A stretch of DNA of 64,000 nt from an uncultured Acidobacteriota bacterium. GTDB taxonomy: Bacteria > Acidobacteriota > Thermoanaerobaculia > Multivoradales > SZUA-115. Made by a program: the position numbers and the translations under genes. The notes beneath the pieces were generated by a model that searched no databases, was not told the DNA's origin, and saw only the letters and a list, made by a program, of their open reading frames with translations. Positions 42,097 to 50,901 of this stretch are shown here, one piece after another; within the stretch, counting starts at the first letter, position 1; each line of letters begins with the position of its first letter. The stretch lies in the NCBI GenBank assembly GCA_963805975.1, contig CAWDVR010000001.1:352001-416000 (forward strand). The letters are read 5' to 3'.

Positions 42097-43308
42097 ATGA
42101 ACCAAGCTTCCGCACGAACTTCCCGCCCCCAGTGGCTGCCGGCACTCCTGGCGGTGGCCTGCCTCGCCCTCTCCCTTCCGGCCTTCGGCACCGATCAAAG
42201 AAACCTCAGCAAGAGCTTTCCGCTGCCCGCGAGCGGTGCGTTGCGCATCGCCAACCTGGCCGGCCACGTGGAGCTCCTGCCCGGCGGCAAGGAGGTGAAG
42301 GTCGAGGCCACCGTCTTCGCCGACGGCAAGAGCGCCGCTCAAACCCGCGAGCTGCTGGACGGCATGGAATGGGTGGAGACCCGCGACCAGAAGGGCAACG
42401 CGGAATGGGCGCTCTCCTACCCGGTGGACGACTTCCGAGGCTTCGCCTACCCGCAGCCCGGCCGCTCGGGGAGCGAGCCCAGCTTCTGGGAATCGCTCTT
42501 CGCCGGCCTGGACCTCGGCTCGCAGAGCAACGGCTATCTCCTGGGCAAGCGGGTGGCGGTCTACGGCAGCTCCGGGCCCTCGGTGCCGGTGCTCTACGCG
42601 GACCTCAAGATCACGCTCCCGGCACGCGCCAAGCTCGTGGTACGCAATCTGGTGGGCGCGGTCAAGGGCGGGACGCTCGAGGGCGACCTCACGGTCGACA
42701 CCGGCTCGGGCGGGGTGGCGATGGACGGCTTCTCTGGCACTCTCAACGTCGACACCGGCTCGGGCAACGTCAAGCTCGGCAGCGTGCGCGGCGAGACCCG
42801 GGTGGACACCGGCTCGGGCGACATCGATATCCGGGAGCTGATCGGCAACGGCTCGCTCGACACGGGCTCCGGCGACGTCGAGGTCTCGAAGGTCGCGGCC
42901 GGCAAGCTCGACGTGGACACCGGCTCGGGCAACATCCTGGTGGCGAACGGCTCGGTGGCGACCCTCTCCGGCGACACCGGCTCGGGGGACATCGAGGTGC
43001 GCGGCGTGGAGGTGGAGACCTTCGAGGGCGACACCGGCTCGGGCAACGTGACGCTGGTGAGCTCGCTCGCCGAGGCGCGCGAGATCCGGATCGACACCGG
43101 CTCGGGCGACGTCGAGATCCTGGGCGGACCCGCGGCCTCGTTCGATCTCGAGGCGTCGCAGGGCTCGGGCGACCTCAACTGCCGCTATGCGGACGCGACG
43201 CTACGCAAGCGCGGGCACGAGGTGGTGGGCGCCGAGCGGGGCGACCGCAAGACGCGCATCGTGGTCGAGACCGGCAGCGGCGACTGCACCATCGCCCCGC
43301 AGGCGTAG
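42097..43308 (+). CDS. DUF4097 family beta-strand repeat secreted protein
   Basis: GGAGG RBS; signal peptide; eight DTGSG repeats plus two variants. Confidence 0.85.
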   Translation: MNQASARTSRPQWLPALLAVACLALSLPAFGTDQRNLSKSFPLPASGALRIANLAGHVELLPGGKEVKVEATVFADGKSAAQTRELLDGMEWVETRDQKGNAEWALSYPVDDFRGFAYPQPGRSGSEPSFWESLFAGLDLGSQSNGYLLGKRVAVYGSSGPSVPVLYADLKITLPARAKLVVRNLVGAVKGGTLEGDLTVDTGSGGVAMDGFSGTLNVDTGSGNVKLGSVRGETRVDTGSGDIDIRELIGNGSLDTGSGDVEVSKVAAGKLDVDTGSGNILVANGSVATLSGDTGSGDIEVRGVEVETFEGDTGSGNVTLVSSLAEAREIRIDTGSGDVEILGGPAASFDLEASQGSGDLNCRYADATLRKRGHEVVGAERGDRKTRIVVETGSGDCTIAPQA

Positions 43309-43311
43309 GCC

Positions 43312-45003
43312 TCACATCTTCCCGTACGCCGGGCCGCCGCCGCCCTCGGGCGGCACCCAGGTGATGATCTCGTACGGGTCCATGATGTCGCAGGTCTTGC
43401 AGTGCACGCAGTTGCTGGCGTTGATCTGCAGGCGCCGGCCGGCCGGCGCCGCGGCGTCGTCCACCATCTCGTAGACGTTGGCCGGGCAGAAGCGCTGGCA
43501 GGGGTTGGCGAACTCCGCGGCGCAGCGCGTGACGCAGATCGAGGTGTCCGCCACGTGCAGGTGGACCGGCTGGTTCTCGTCGTGCGCGGTGCCCGAGTTG
43601 TAGACGTCCGAGAGCTTGTCGAAGGTCAGCACCCGATCGACTGGCACCGGCGGGAGCGGCTCGTTCCGGCGGCCGGCGGCGGTGTCGAGCGGCACCATCC
43701 GCGCGTGGCCGGGAGCGTTGCCCAGCCGGTTCTTGAAACCCCAGCCGCGACCTCCCGTCACCAGCCCGATGCCCGCCTGGAACATTCCGGCCGGCACCCC
43801 GTGCTCGAATGCCTGATGGAAGTTGCGCACCGGCCAGAGCTCGTCGTAGATCCAGCTCCCGCGCACCTTGGCGTCGAAACGCGCCAGCGCCTCGGCGTCG
43901 AGCCGGCCGGCGGTCAGGCCCTCGAAGATCGTCTCCGCGGCCAGCATGCCGGACTTGATCGCCAGGTGAACGCCCTTGAGGCGCTGGCTGTTGAGGAACC
44001 CGCCGGAGTCGCCGGCGAGGAGGAAGCCGTCGCCCGAGAGCTTCGGCATCGCCCACCAGCCGCCCTCGGGGATCGCCTTGGCGCCGTAGTTGACCATGGT
44101 GCCGCCGGCGAGCAGCCGCTCGACCGCGGGATGGGTCTTGAAGCGCTGGAACTCGGTGTGCGGGTCGAACCAGGGGTTCTGGTAGTCGAGCCCGGCCACC
44201 AGGCCGATGATCACCTGGTCATCCTTCATGCCATAGATGAAGCCCCCGCCGAAGTAGGCGAGGCCCAGCGGGAAGCCCATGGTGTGGATCACCAGGCCAG
44301 GCTCGACGCGTCCCGCCGGCACTTCCCAGATCTCCTTGACGCCGATGGCGTAGACCTGGGGGTTTCTGCCCTCGGTCAAGCCGAGGCGGCCCTCGAGCTG
44401 CTTGGCGATCGTGCCGCGGCAGCCCTCGGTGAGTACCGTGCAGCGCGTCCGGATGTCGATGCCGGGCTCGAAGTTCGCCTTGGGCCGGCCGTCGTGGCCC
44501 ACCCCGCGGTCGCCGGTGCGCACGCCGGCCACCCGGCCGCCGTCTAGGAGCGCCTCGGTGGCCGGGAACTCGGTGAAGACGTCCACCCCCAGGGCCTCGA
44601 CCTTGCCCGCCATCCACTTGCAGATCCGGCCGAGCGAGGCCACGAACTTGCCCTTGTTGACCAGCGGCGGCGGGATGGGGAGGGACACCGACCTGTTCCG
44701 GCCCAGAAACAGGAGCTTCTCTGCCGACACCTCGGCCTCGAACGGGGCCTCGCGCCAGTCCTCGGGGAAGAGCTCCTGCAGGCCCCGCGGATCGATCACG
44801 GCGCCGGAGAGGATGTGGCTCCCCACCTCCTTGCCCTTCTCCAGCACGCCGATCGAAGCCTCGACCGGCGCCGCGCCCGGCGGCAGGCTCTGATTGTGGT
44901 CGCGGAGCAGGCGGGCCAGGTGGTAGGCGCCGGCCAGACCGGATGGACCGGCACCGACGAAGAGCACGTCGATGTCGAGGGTCTCGCGTTCGATGTCGCT
45001 CAT
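43312..45003 (-). CDS. Electron transfer flavoprotein-ubiquinone oxidoreductase
   Basis: VGAGPSG, HILSGA, GAKAIPEGG, KGVHLAIKSG, CQRFCPANVYE, NCVHCKTC, EGGGGPAY. Confidence 0.95.
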   Translation of the reverse strand: MSDIERETLDIDVLFVGAGPSGLAGAYHLARLLRDHNQSLPPGAAPVEASIGVLEKGKEVGSHILSGAVIDPRGLQELFPEDWREAPFEAEVSAEKLLFLGRNRSVSLPIPPPLVNKGKFVASLGRICKWMAGKVEALGVDVFTEFPATEALLDGGRVAGVRTGDRGVGHDGRPKANFEPGIDIRTRCTVLTEGCRGTIAKQLEGRLGLTEGRNPQVYAIGVKEIWEVPAGRVEPGLVIHTMGFPLGLAYFGGGFIYGMKDDQVIIGLVAGLDYQNPWFDPHTEFQRFKTHPAVERLLAGGTMVNYGAKAIPEGGWWAMPKLSGDGFLLAGDSGGFLNSQRLKGVHLAIKSGMLAAETIFEGLTAGRLDAEALARFDAKVRGSWIYDELWPVRNFHQAFEHGVPAGMFQAGIGLVTGGRGWGFKNRLGNAPGHARMVPLDTAAGRRNEPLPPVPVDRVLTFDKLSDVYNSGTAHDENQPVHLHVADTSICVTRCAAEFANPCQRFCPANVYEMVDDAAAPAGRRLQINASNCVHCKTCDIMDPYEIITWVPPEGGGGPAYGKM

Positions 45004-45166
45004 CGGGGTCGAGGCTCCGCTGGGGGTCGGATCGCGATCGTAACGTCTTTTGATCGGCACCGCCCAATGGAAGAAGCGGCCTGGAGGCTCCGAGCCGGAG
45101 TCTGCTTGGTGTAGCATGAGCCCATCGCCATAACATTCGAGACTATCGACCTGGAGGAGGTTTTCC

Positions 45167-46261
45167 ATGATCCGAGCGAACGGTAACCATTCGAACCGAG
45201 CGTGGGGCTCGACCCTGGCCAAGGCGGTGGCCGCGGTCGCCCTGGCGGCCTGCGCTCTCGCCCCCAGCACCGCCGAGGCGCAGCCTTTCGGCGCCTTTCT
45301 CACCCTCAACGGCCCTGCCCAGCACGGCTACATCCGTGTGCCGCACAGCGCCGCCCTCAACCCGGCCGCCATCACCATCGAGGCCTGGGTGAACTTCGGC
45401 GCCCCCGGCGGCGGCGAGGACTGCCGCTCGATCATCGGCAAGAACTATCTTCAGGCCTGGTGGGTGGGCCGCTGCAACGGGCAGATCCGTGCCTACTTCC
45501 GGGGCGGCAGCTCGGCCCGTACCGGGGGCGTGATCCCCTCGAACCAGACCACGCACATCGCGGTGACCTTCGACGGCGTGCGGCAGAAGCACTACATCAA
45601 CGGCGAGCTGGTCCTCGACCAGCCCGCGGGCGGCGCGGCCGGGGTGAGCGGCTCCGAGGTGCGCATCGGCAGCGACGTCTCCTGGCAGTTCACGCCCAAC
45701 GGCTCGATCGACGAGGTCCGGCTGTGGAACGTGGCCCGCACCCTGGAGCAGATCCGCAGCACGATCAACGTCACCGTGGGAGCCACGCCGGGGCTGGTGG
45801 CGCGCTGGGGCCTGAACGGCAACGCCCAGGACTCGATCGGACCGCACGACGGCACAGTGCAGGGCGTGGGGGCCGCCTTCCTCTCCTTCCCGGTGACCCT
45901 GGTGCCCTGCACGCGGACCGCGACCGCGCACTGCTTCTTCGACCGCTTCGCGGTCACCGCCAAGTTCCGCACCGGCGCGCCGGGCACGGCGGAGGGCACG
46001 GCCCAGACGGTGAACGTGGCCAACTCGGGCTCCGGGCTCTTCTGGTTCTTCAATGATCAGAACTGGGAGATCCAGGCCAAGGCGATCAACGGCTGCGGCT
46101 TGAACAACCGCTGGTGGTTCTTCAGCGCCGCCACCACCAACGTCTTCTATCGCCTGGAAGTCCTGGACCGTCACGCCGGCGCCAACAAGATCTACTTCAA
46201 CTATCAGGGCCCGCCGGCCCCGGCGGTGACCGACACCAACGCCTTCGCCACCTGCCCCTGA
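45167..46261 (+). CDS. Secreted LamG/concanavalin-like protein with a Cys/Trp-rich C-terminal domain
   Basis: GGAGG RBS; signal peptide; ITIEAWV, HIAVTFDG...YINGE, GSIDEVRLWN; C-terminal FWFF...NGCGLNNRWWFF...AFATCP. Confidence 0.82.
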   Translation: MIRANGNHSNRAWGSTLAKAVAAVALAACALAPSTAEAQPFGAFLTLNGPAQHGYIRVPHSAALNPAAITIEAWVNFGAPGGGEDCRSIIGKNYLQAWWVGRCNGQIRAYFRGGSSARTGGVIPSNQTTHIAVTFDGVRQKHYINGELVLDQPAGGAAGVSGSEVRIGSDVSWQFTPNGSIDEVRLWNVARTLEQIRSTINVTVGATPGLVARWGLNGNAQDSIGPHDGTVQGVGAAFLSFPVTLVPCTRTATAHCFFDRFAVTAKFRTGAPGTAEGTAQTVNVANSGSGLFWFFNDQNWEIQAKAINGCGLNNRWWFFSAATTNVFYRLEVLDRHAGANKIYFNYQGPPAPAVTDTNAFATCP

Positions 46262-46294
46262 AGCGCCCCCGCGGCGCAGTTCGCTTCCCGAGAG

Positions 46295-46324
46295 AGCGGC
46301 CCTGAACCGGGCCGCTTTTTTCTT
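46295..46324 (+). terminator. Rho-independent terminator
   Basis: AGCGGCCC-tgaacc-GGGCCGCT followed by a T-run. Confidence 0.8.
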
Positions 46325-46338
46325 GCCCGCAGGACAAT

Positions 46339-46364
46339 GAAAACTCGCGCCTGTCTCCTACGTA
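46339..46364 (+). promoter_or_regulatory. ECF sigma-type promoter
   Basis: GAAAAC-N16-CGTA upstream of the DUF2911 gene. Confidence 0.45.
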
Positions 46365-46400
46365 TGTAGGCGTCAGACCTTTCGACCGAGGAGGTAGTTC

Positions 46401-47552
46401 ATGAGAACCTTGATGCGGAGATGGAGCTGGACCCTGGCGGCGCTGTGGCTGGCATCCTCGCCGGCCGGCGCGCAGACTGCGAGCCTCACCCTGCCGCCGA
46501 GCGGCGACAACCAGCGCTCGGTGGTGAGCCAGTCCATCGGCCCGGTGACGGTGACCATCGCCTACAACAGCCCGGACGTGCACAGCCCGACCGGCGAGGA
46601 CCGCACCGGCAAGGTCTGGGGGACGCTGGTGCCCTATGGCATGGCGAACCTCGGCTTCGGCACCTGCGGCGACCAGTGCCCGTGGCGGGGTGGAGCCAAC
46701 GAGAACACCGTGTTCTCGGTCTCCCACGACGTCAAGATCCAGGGTCAGGCCCTGCCCGCCGGCTCCTATGGCCTGCATTTCATTCCCGGCGCCGAGAAGT
46801 GGACGGTGATCTTCTCGAAGAACTCGAGCTCCTGGGGCAGCTTCTTCTACGACGCCAAGGAGGATGCGCTCCGGGTCGAGACCAAGCCCGAGGCGAGCGA
46901 GTTCCACGAGTGGCTGACCTACGAGTTCACGGACCGCCAGCCGGCCCAGGCCACGGTGGCCCTCGAGTGGGAGAAGCTGCGGGTGCCGTTCACGGTGACG
47001 GTGGGCAACGTGCAGGAGATCTACCTGGCGAAGATCCGTCAAGAGCTGCGCACCAGCCCGGGCTTCACGTGGCAGAACTGGGTGGGGGCGGCGCAGTACT
47101 GCCTGCAGAACAACATCAACCTGGAGGAGGCGGTGCGCTGGGCGCGCCACGCCACCGACCCCACGCAGATCGGCCAGGAGAACTTCACCACCCTGGCTAC
47201 CCTGGCGCAGGCACTGGCCGCCGCCGGCCAGACGGAGGAGGCGGCCAAGACGCTGGACCGTGCTCTCAACCACCGCACCGCCGGCCCGATCGACATCCAC
47301 CTCGCCGGCCGTCAGCTCCTGGGCCAGAAGAAGGCGGCCGAGGCGATGAAGGTGTTCGAGCTCAACGCCAGGCGTTACCCCGGCGAGTGGCCGACCGAGG
47401 TCGGGCTGATGCGCGGCCACGCCGCGCTGGGCCACAACAAGGAGGCGATCGACCACGCGAAGAAGGCGCTCGCCCAGGCGCCGGACGAGCTCAACCGCAC
47501 CAATCTCCAAGGCATTCTCAAGCAGCTCGAAGAGGGCAAGCCGATCGGATGA
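46401..47552 (+). CDS. DUF2911 domain protein with TPR repeats, secreted
   Basis: GAGGAGG RBS; VSQSIG...IAYNSP, WGTLVPYG, WRGGANE, LPAGSYGL; C-terminal TPR helices. Confidence 0.88.
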   Translation: MRTLMRRWSWTLAALWLASSPAGAQTASLTLPPSGDNQRSVVSQSIGPVTVTIAYNSPDVHSPTGEDRTGKVWGTLVPYGMANLGFGTCGDQCPWRGGANENTVFSVSHDVKIQGQALPAGSYGLHFIPGAEKWTVIFSKNSSSWGSFFYDAKEDALRVETKPEASEFHEWLTYEFTDRQPAQATVALEWEKLRVPFTVTVGNVQEIYLAKIRQELRTSPGFTWQNWVGAAQYCLQNNINLEEAVRWARHATDPTQIGQENFTTLATLAQALAAAGQTEEAAKTLDRALNHRTAGPIDIHLAGRQLLGQKKAAEAMKVFELNARRYPGEWPTEVGLMRGHAALGHNKEAIDHAKKALAQAPDELNRTNLQGILKQLEEGKPIG

Positions 47553-48017
47553 TCGATCGTCTCGCCGAGCCTGCTCCGCGACGTGGCAGATCGACCGCGG
47601 AGCAGGCTCGGCGCTCTAGGTCGAGCCCTCGCCGTCCGCGCCCCAGACTCCCACCTGATCGGGATCACCGAAGACCGTCGAGCCGTAGAGCGACACCGTG
47701 CGCTCGCCGCCGGGCGTCTGTGCCTCGGCGGCCGCGATGTTGATGCGCAGCGGCTTGCCTTCGTAGTAGCCCGTCCACTGCAGCGTGCACCAGCTGACAG
47801 GCTCGCGTCGCGAGGCTCGGCCAGCATGAGAGGCATCGCTCTCGTCGGCGCGGCTCGCCCCGCTCGCCAGGAGGCAAGCTGCGAGCAGCGTCGCGAAACA
47901 GACTTGTGGAGCGATGCCGGATTCTAGCGCTTGTCCCTCGCCGGTCCTGGCACCGCACCAGACTTTGCGACCGCCCCGTCCGCGGTGGGCGTGGGCGCTT
48001 GAGAAAGGATGCACGAA

Positions 48018-48374
48018 ATGCAGAAGGCGCAGCAGAGTTGGTGGCTCGTGCTCGGGGTTGCCATCGCGGCTCTCATCGCTCTGCCCGGTGCAGCGCAAGA
48101 AGCGAAGCCCACGTCCGACGAACTGGCTGCCTGCGCGGCGGCCCAGCTTCCAGCCCTCCAGACCGAGGGCGAGAGCGTGACCTCGATCGAAGCGGCTCTG
48201 GGGCTCGAGGCGCCGGCCGCCCAGCCACTGACCGGCCCGCCGGGCTCCTGTCCGAAGCCCACCTGTGACGCCCGCGTGCACTGCCTCTACCTGAGCTGTC
48301 CGCCGGGCTTCATCGCGGTCTGCAACGGCGGCCTCGGCGCTGGCTGCGAAGGCACCTGCGGCTGCCGGAACTAG
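48018..48374 (+). CDS. Small secreted pre-pro peptide with a C-terminal 8-Cys domain
   Basis: AAAGGA RBS 8 nt before ATG 48018; signal peptide; acidic pro-region; C-x4-C-x5-C-x4-C-x7-C-x7-C-x3-C-x-C; double stop TAGTAG. Confidence 0.75.
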   Translation: MQKAQQSWWLVLGVAIAALIALPGAAQEAKPTSDELAACAAAQLPALQTEGESVTSIEAALGLEAPAAQPLTGPPGSCPKPTCDARVHCLYLSCPPGFIAVCNGGLGAGCEGTCGCRN

Positions 48375-48394
48375 TAGCAAGGGAGGCAAGGAAG

Positions 48395-48434
48395 CGAGCC
48401 AGCCGCCCCCTCGTGGTGACGGGCGGCTGGCTCG
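48395..48434. terminator. 14-bp-stem hairpin between convergent genes
   Basis: CGAGCCAGCCGCCC ... GGGCGGCTGGCTCG; no clear U-tract. Confidence 0.5.
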
Positions 48435-48552
48435 TCGTGCGTCAGCGGGCGGAGGTGGGCTCCGCGGGCGAAGAGCACCGCGGGCGGCCGATCTCGATCA
48501 GCCGGAGGCATAGCTCGCGAGCCGGCCTCCGGGCCGTTCCTGCAAGTCGGGT

Positions 48553-49899
48553 CTAAAAGCCGTCGTCCCAGATCTTCTTCCACCACGGCTCGTCGGGCTG
48601 CGGCGAGGGGCCGCCGCCGAGCTTCATCTTGCGGCGGATCTCGTTGACGTCCCAGCCGGTGAGCGAGGCGAGGTTCTTCGCCTCCTGCTCGAAGCGCTCT
48701 GGCAGCTCGCGCCGGTAGCGCTCGGCCTCCGGGCAGCGGTCGCCGCCCTCCCAGGCGTGGCGCAGCACGTAGCGGCCCTGGAAGTTCTCGCGGTCCGAGG
48801 TCTGCTGGAAGACCAGGTCCTCGGGGAAGTGGGCGCCGTCGTAGCGCAGGTGGAGGCGGGTGAGGAAGACGTCGACCGCGCCGCCGCCGGGGACGGGCTG
48901 CAAGCGCCGCGGCCCGCCTTCATCCAGCCAGAAGACGCCGAGCTCCGAGAGCTCGTCGCGCGACAGCGGGTCGGCCGCGCAGGGGTCGCACCAGGCCATG
49001 TCCCAGGCGTACTCGAGGAACACCGCCTCGCGGTTCTCGCGCTCCACCTGGCGGGTGAAGGCGTCCTTGTAGAAGCGCGCGAAGTCGTCTTTGACGAACA
49101 CCGGGAGCTCGGTGCCGGTGGGTAGCCGCACGGTGCGGTAGTTGGTGGTCTCGACGCGGCCCTTGCGGGTCAGGGCGTAGACGAAGAGCTCTTGCGGGCC
49201 GTCCGCGTTCACCATGCCGAGGCGGATCGGCAGCATGAACTTCGGGCTCTCGTAGGCCACCTGCAGCGGCCGCAGGTAGGTGAAGCCGAGCTTGTTCTGC
49301 TCGCGCAGGTTGACCTTGGCGACGAAGAAGCGCATGCCCTGCTTCAGGTAGCTGCCGAGCACCGCCTCGGCGCCGGCCGGCAGGCCGTAGCCGTTCTCTT
49401 TGAGCCACAGGGTGAGGCCCTGGCTCTCCTTGGCGGAGAGGATCAGGATGTCGTACTCGCCCACCGTGTACGAGGCCTCGATGGTCACCCCGCGGGACTT
49501 GGCGGCCTCTTGCATGGACATGGGCGCGGCCACGCCGCCGGCGACGCCGCCCATGCGGTCCATCTCGTAGCGCCGCCGGTCGCAGGGGTTGTCGTCGAAG
49601 TACTCGACGAGGCGCGGCGCGGAGTAGGCGTCCAGGTGGTCGAGCAGGGCCTTGTTCGCAATGTGGATCTGGCCGCGCTCGATGAAGGTCGGCACCGGGA
49701 TCACCACCGCGAACTCTTCGAGGTCGCCGCGGAAATCGTTGCTCATGGTGAGCACCGTGCGGTCGCCGTCGCGCACCATCGCCACCTGCGAGGCGCGGTT
49801 GAAGATCTTGGCGTCGCCCCGCGCCACGTAGAAGCCGCAGAAGGCGTGGGCCGGCGAGGCGAGGAGGGCGAGGGCGACGAGGACGGCGAGGCGCTGCAT
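48553..49899 (-). CDS. DUF2330 domain secreted protein (own start, in frame with the upstream RnfD-like ORF)
   Basis: AGGAG RBS then MQRLAVLVALALLASPAHA|FCGFYV; SAPRLVEYFD, FMLPIRLG, EYAWDMAWCDPC, LTRLH, NFQGRY. Confidence 0.88.
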   Translation of the reverse strand: MQRLAVLVALALLASPAHAFCGFYVARGDAKIFNRASQVAMVRDGDRTVLTMSNDFRGDLEEFAVVIPVPTFIERGQIHIANKALLDHLDAYSAPRLVEYFDDNPCDRRRYEMDRMGGVAGGVAAPMSMQEAAKSRGVTIEASYTVGEYDILILSAKESQGLTLWLKENGYGLPAGAEAVLGSYLKQGMRFFVAKVNLREQNKLGFTYLRPLQVAYESPKFMLPIRLGMVNADGPQELFVYALTRKGRVETTNYRTVRLPTGTELPVFVKDDFARFYKDAFTRQVERENREAVFLEYAWDMAWCDPCAADPLSRDELSELGVFWLDEGGPRRLQPVPGGGAVDVFLTRLHLRYDGAHFPEDLVFQQTSDRENFQGRYVLRHAWEGGDRCPEAERYRRELPERFEQEAKNLASLTGWDVNEIRRKMKLGGGPSPQPDEPWWKKIWDDGF

Positions 49900-50787
49900 G
49901 GAGGTCTCCTTTCGAAACATTGCGCTCCCGCCGGCTGCCCGACCTGCCGCCGGCCGTGCCCAGGCATATTTCTCGCCGGGCAGCAGGCGGTCGAGGAGCG
50001 GCACCAGGAGGCTCGCGGCGGCGAGCGAGAACAGCAGGCCGTTGGGGCGGAAGAGCTTGAACTGTACGTACCAGGCGCCCGCGGCCACCAGCGCCGCGAA
50101 GACGATGCGGCCGGCGCGGGAGTCGGGGGTGGTCTTGGGGTCGGAGATCATGAAGAAGGCGAAGAGCAGCAGGGCGCCGCTCTGCATCTGGTGGAGCGGG
50201 ATCTCGAGCGGGTCGCCCAGGCGCAGGGCGCGGCTCACGAGGATGGCGGCGTGGAAGGCGAGGAAGGCGGCGGTCACGTCCCAGCGCGCGGCGCGCTGCA
50301 CCACCAGCCCGCCCAGGCAGGCCATCAGGAAGGCGAAGAAGGCGACCGCTCCCCACTGGCCTGGCGACACCCAGGCCGAGCCGGTGGTGAGCACCACGGC
50401 CACCAGGGCGAGGTTGGTGGGGTTGAAGACGTGCTTGCCGCGCACCCGCAGCACGAACTTGCTGCCAATGGCGATCACCGCCGCCAGCGCCGCCACGGCC
50501 AGCGACTCGGTGCGCAGCAGCAGGCAGAGGGAGAGCGCGGAGATGAGCGCGCTCTTGGGCTCGAAGCCGGTGCCGGTGAGGAATCGGCCACCGAGCCATT
50601 GCACCGCGAGCGCGGTCGCCAGCAGGACGGCGATCTGGGGCAGGCCGACGTCGAAGTGCAGCATGAGCTTGCCGTAGACCAGCAGGCAGGAGAGGACCGC
50701 GATCTGGTAGAAGCGCGGATCGAGGGGGCGTGCCTGGGCTCGCGCTGGACTTGCTGGAACGTTGTGGGTGAAGGTGATCTCTGCCAT
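48553..50787 (-). CDS. Orphan NqrB/RnfD-family membrane protein reading through in frame into DUF2330
   Basis: GAGGAGG RBS, ATG 50787; DPRFYQI, SALISALSL, SKFVLR..GKHVFNPTN, FFMISDPKTTP; no stop before DUF2330. Confidence 0.8.
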   Translation of the reverse strand: MAEITFTHNVPASPARAQARPLDPRFYQIAVLSCLLVYGKLMLHFDVGLPQIAVLLATALAVQWLGGRFLTGTGFEPKSALISALSLCLLLRTESLAVAALAAVIAIGSKFVLRVRGKHVFNPTNLALVAVVLTTGSAWVSPGQWGAVAFFAFLMACLGGLVVQRAARWDVTAAFLAFHAAILVSRALRLGDPLEIPLHQMQSGALLLFAFFMISDPKTTPDSRAGRIVFAALVAAGAWYVQFKLFRPNGLLFSLAAASLLVPLLDRLLPGEKYAWARPAAGRAAGGSAMFRKETSMQRLAVLVALALLASPAHAFCGFYVARGDAKIFNRASQVAMVRDGDRTVLTMSNDFRGDLEEFAVVIPVPTFIERGQIHIANKALLDHLDAYSAPRLVEYFDDNPCDRRRYEMDRMGGVAGGVAAPMSMQEAAKSRGVTIEASYTVGEYDILILSAKESQGLTLWLKENGYGLPAGAEAVLGSYLKQGMRFFVAKVNLREQNKLGFTYLRPLQVAYESPKFMLPIRLGMVNADGPQELFVYALTRKGRVETTNYRTVRLPTGTELPVFVKDDFARFYKDAFTRQVERENREAVFLEYAWDMAWCDPCAADPLSRDELSELGVFWLDEGGPRRLQPVPGGGAVDVFLTRLHLRYDGAHFPEDLVFQQTSDRENFQGRYVLRHAWEGGDRCPEAERYRRELPERFEQEAKNLASLTGWDVNEIRRKMKLGGGPSPQPDEPWWKKIWDDGF

Positions 50788-50901
50788 GCCGTTCGCCTCC
50801 TCGATCCGTGCTCCGTTAGACACCGGCGAGTGGGGACAGGAAACCGGCCCCCCCCGCGAACTCGAAGAGAGGGGCCCGGTGTTAGAGTCCGACCGCATCC
50901 T

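Noticed and set aside
42697-43107. GACAC(C/G)GGCTC repeats every 54-63 bp, superficially CRISPR-like
   Set aside because: They are in-frame DTGSG coding repeats of the DUF4097 protein; all spacings are multiples of 3 and there are no cas genes.
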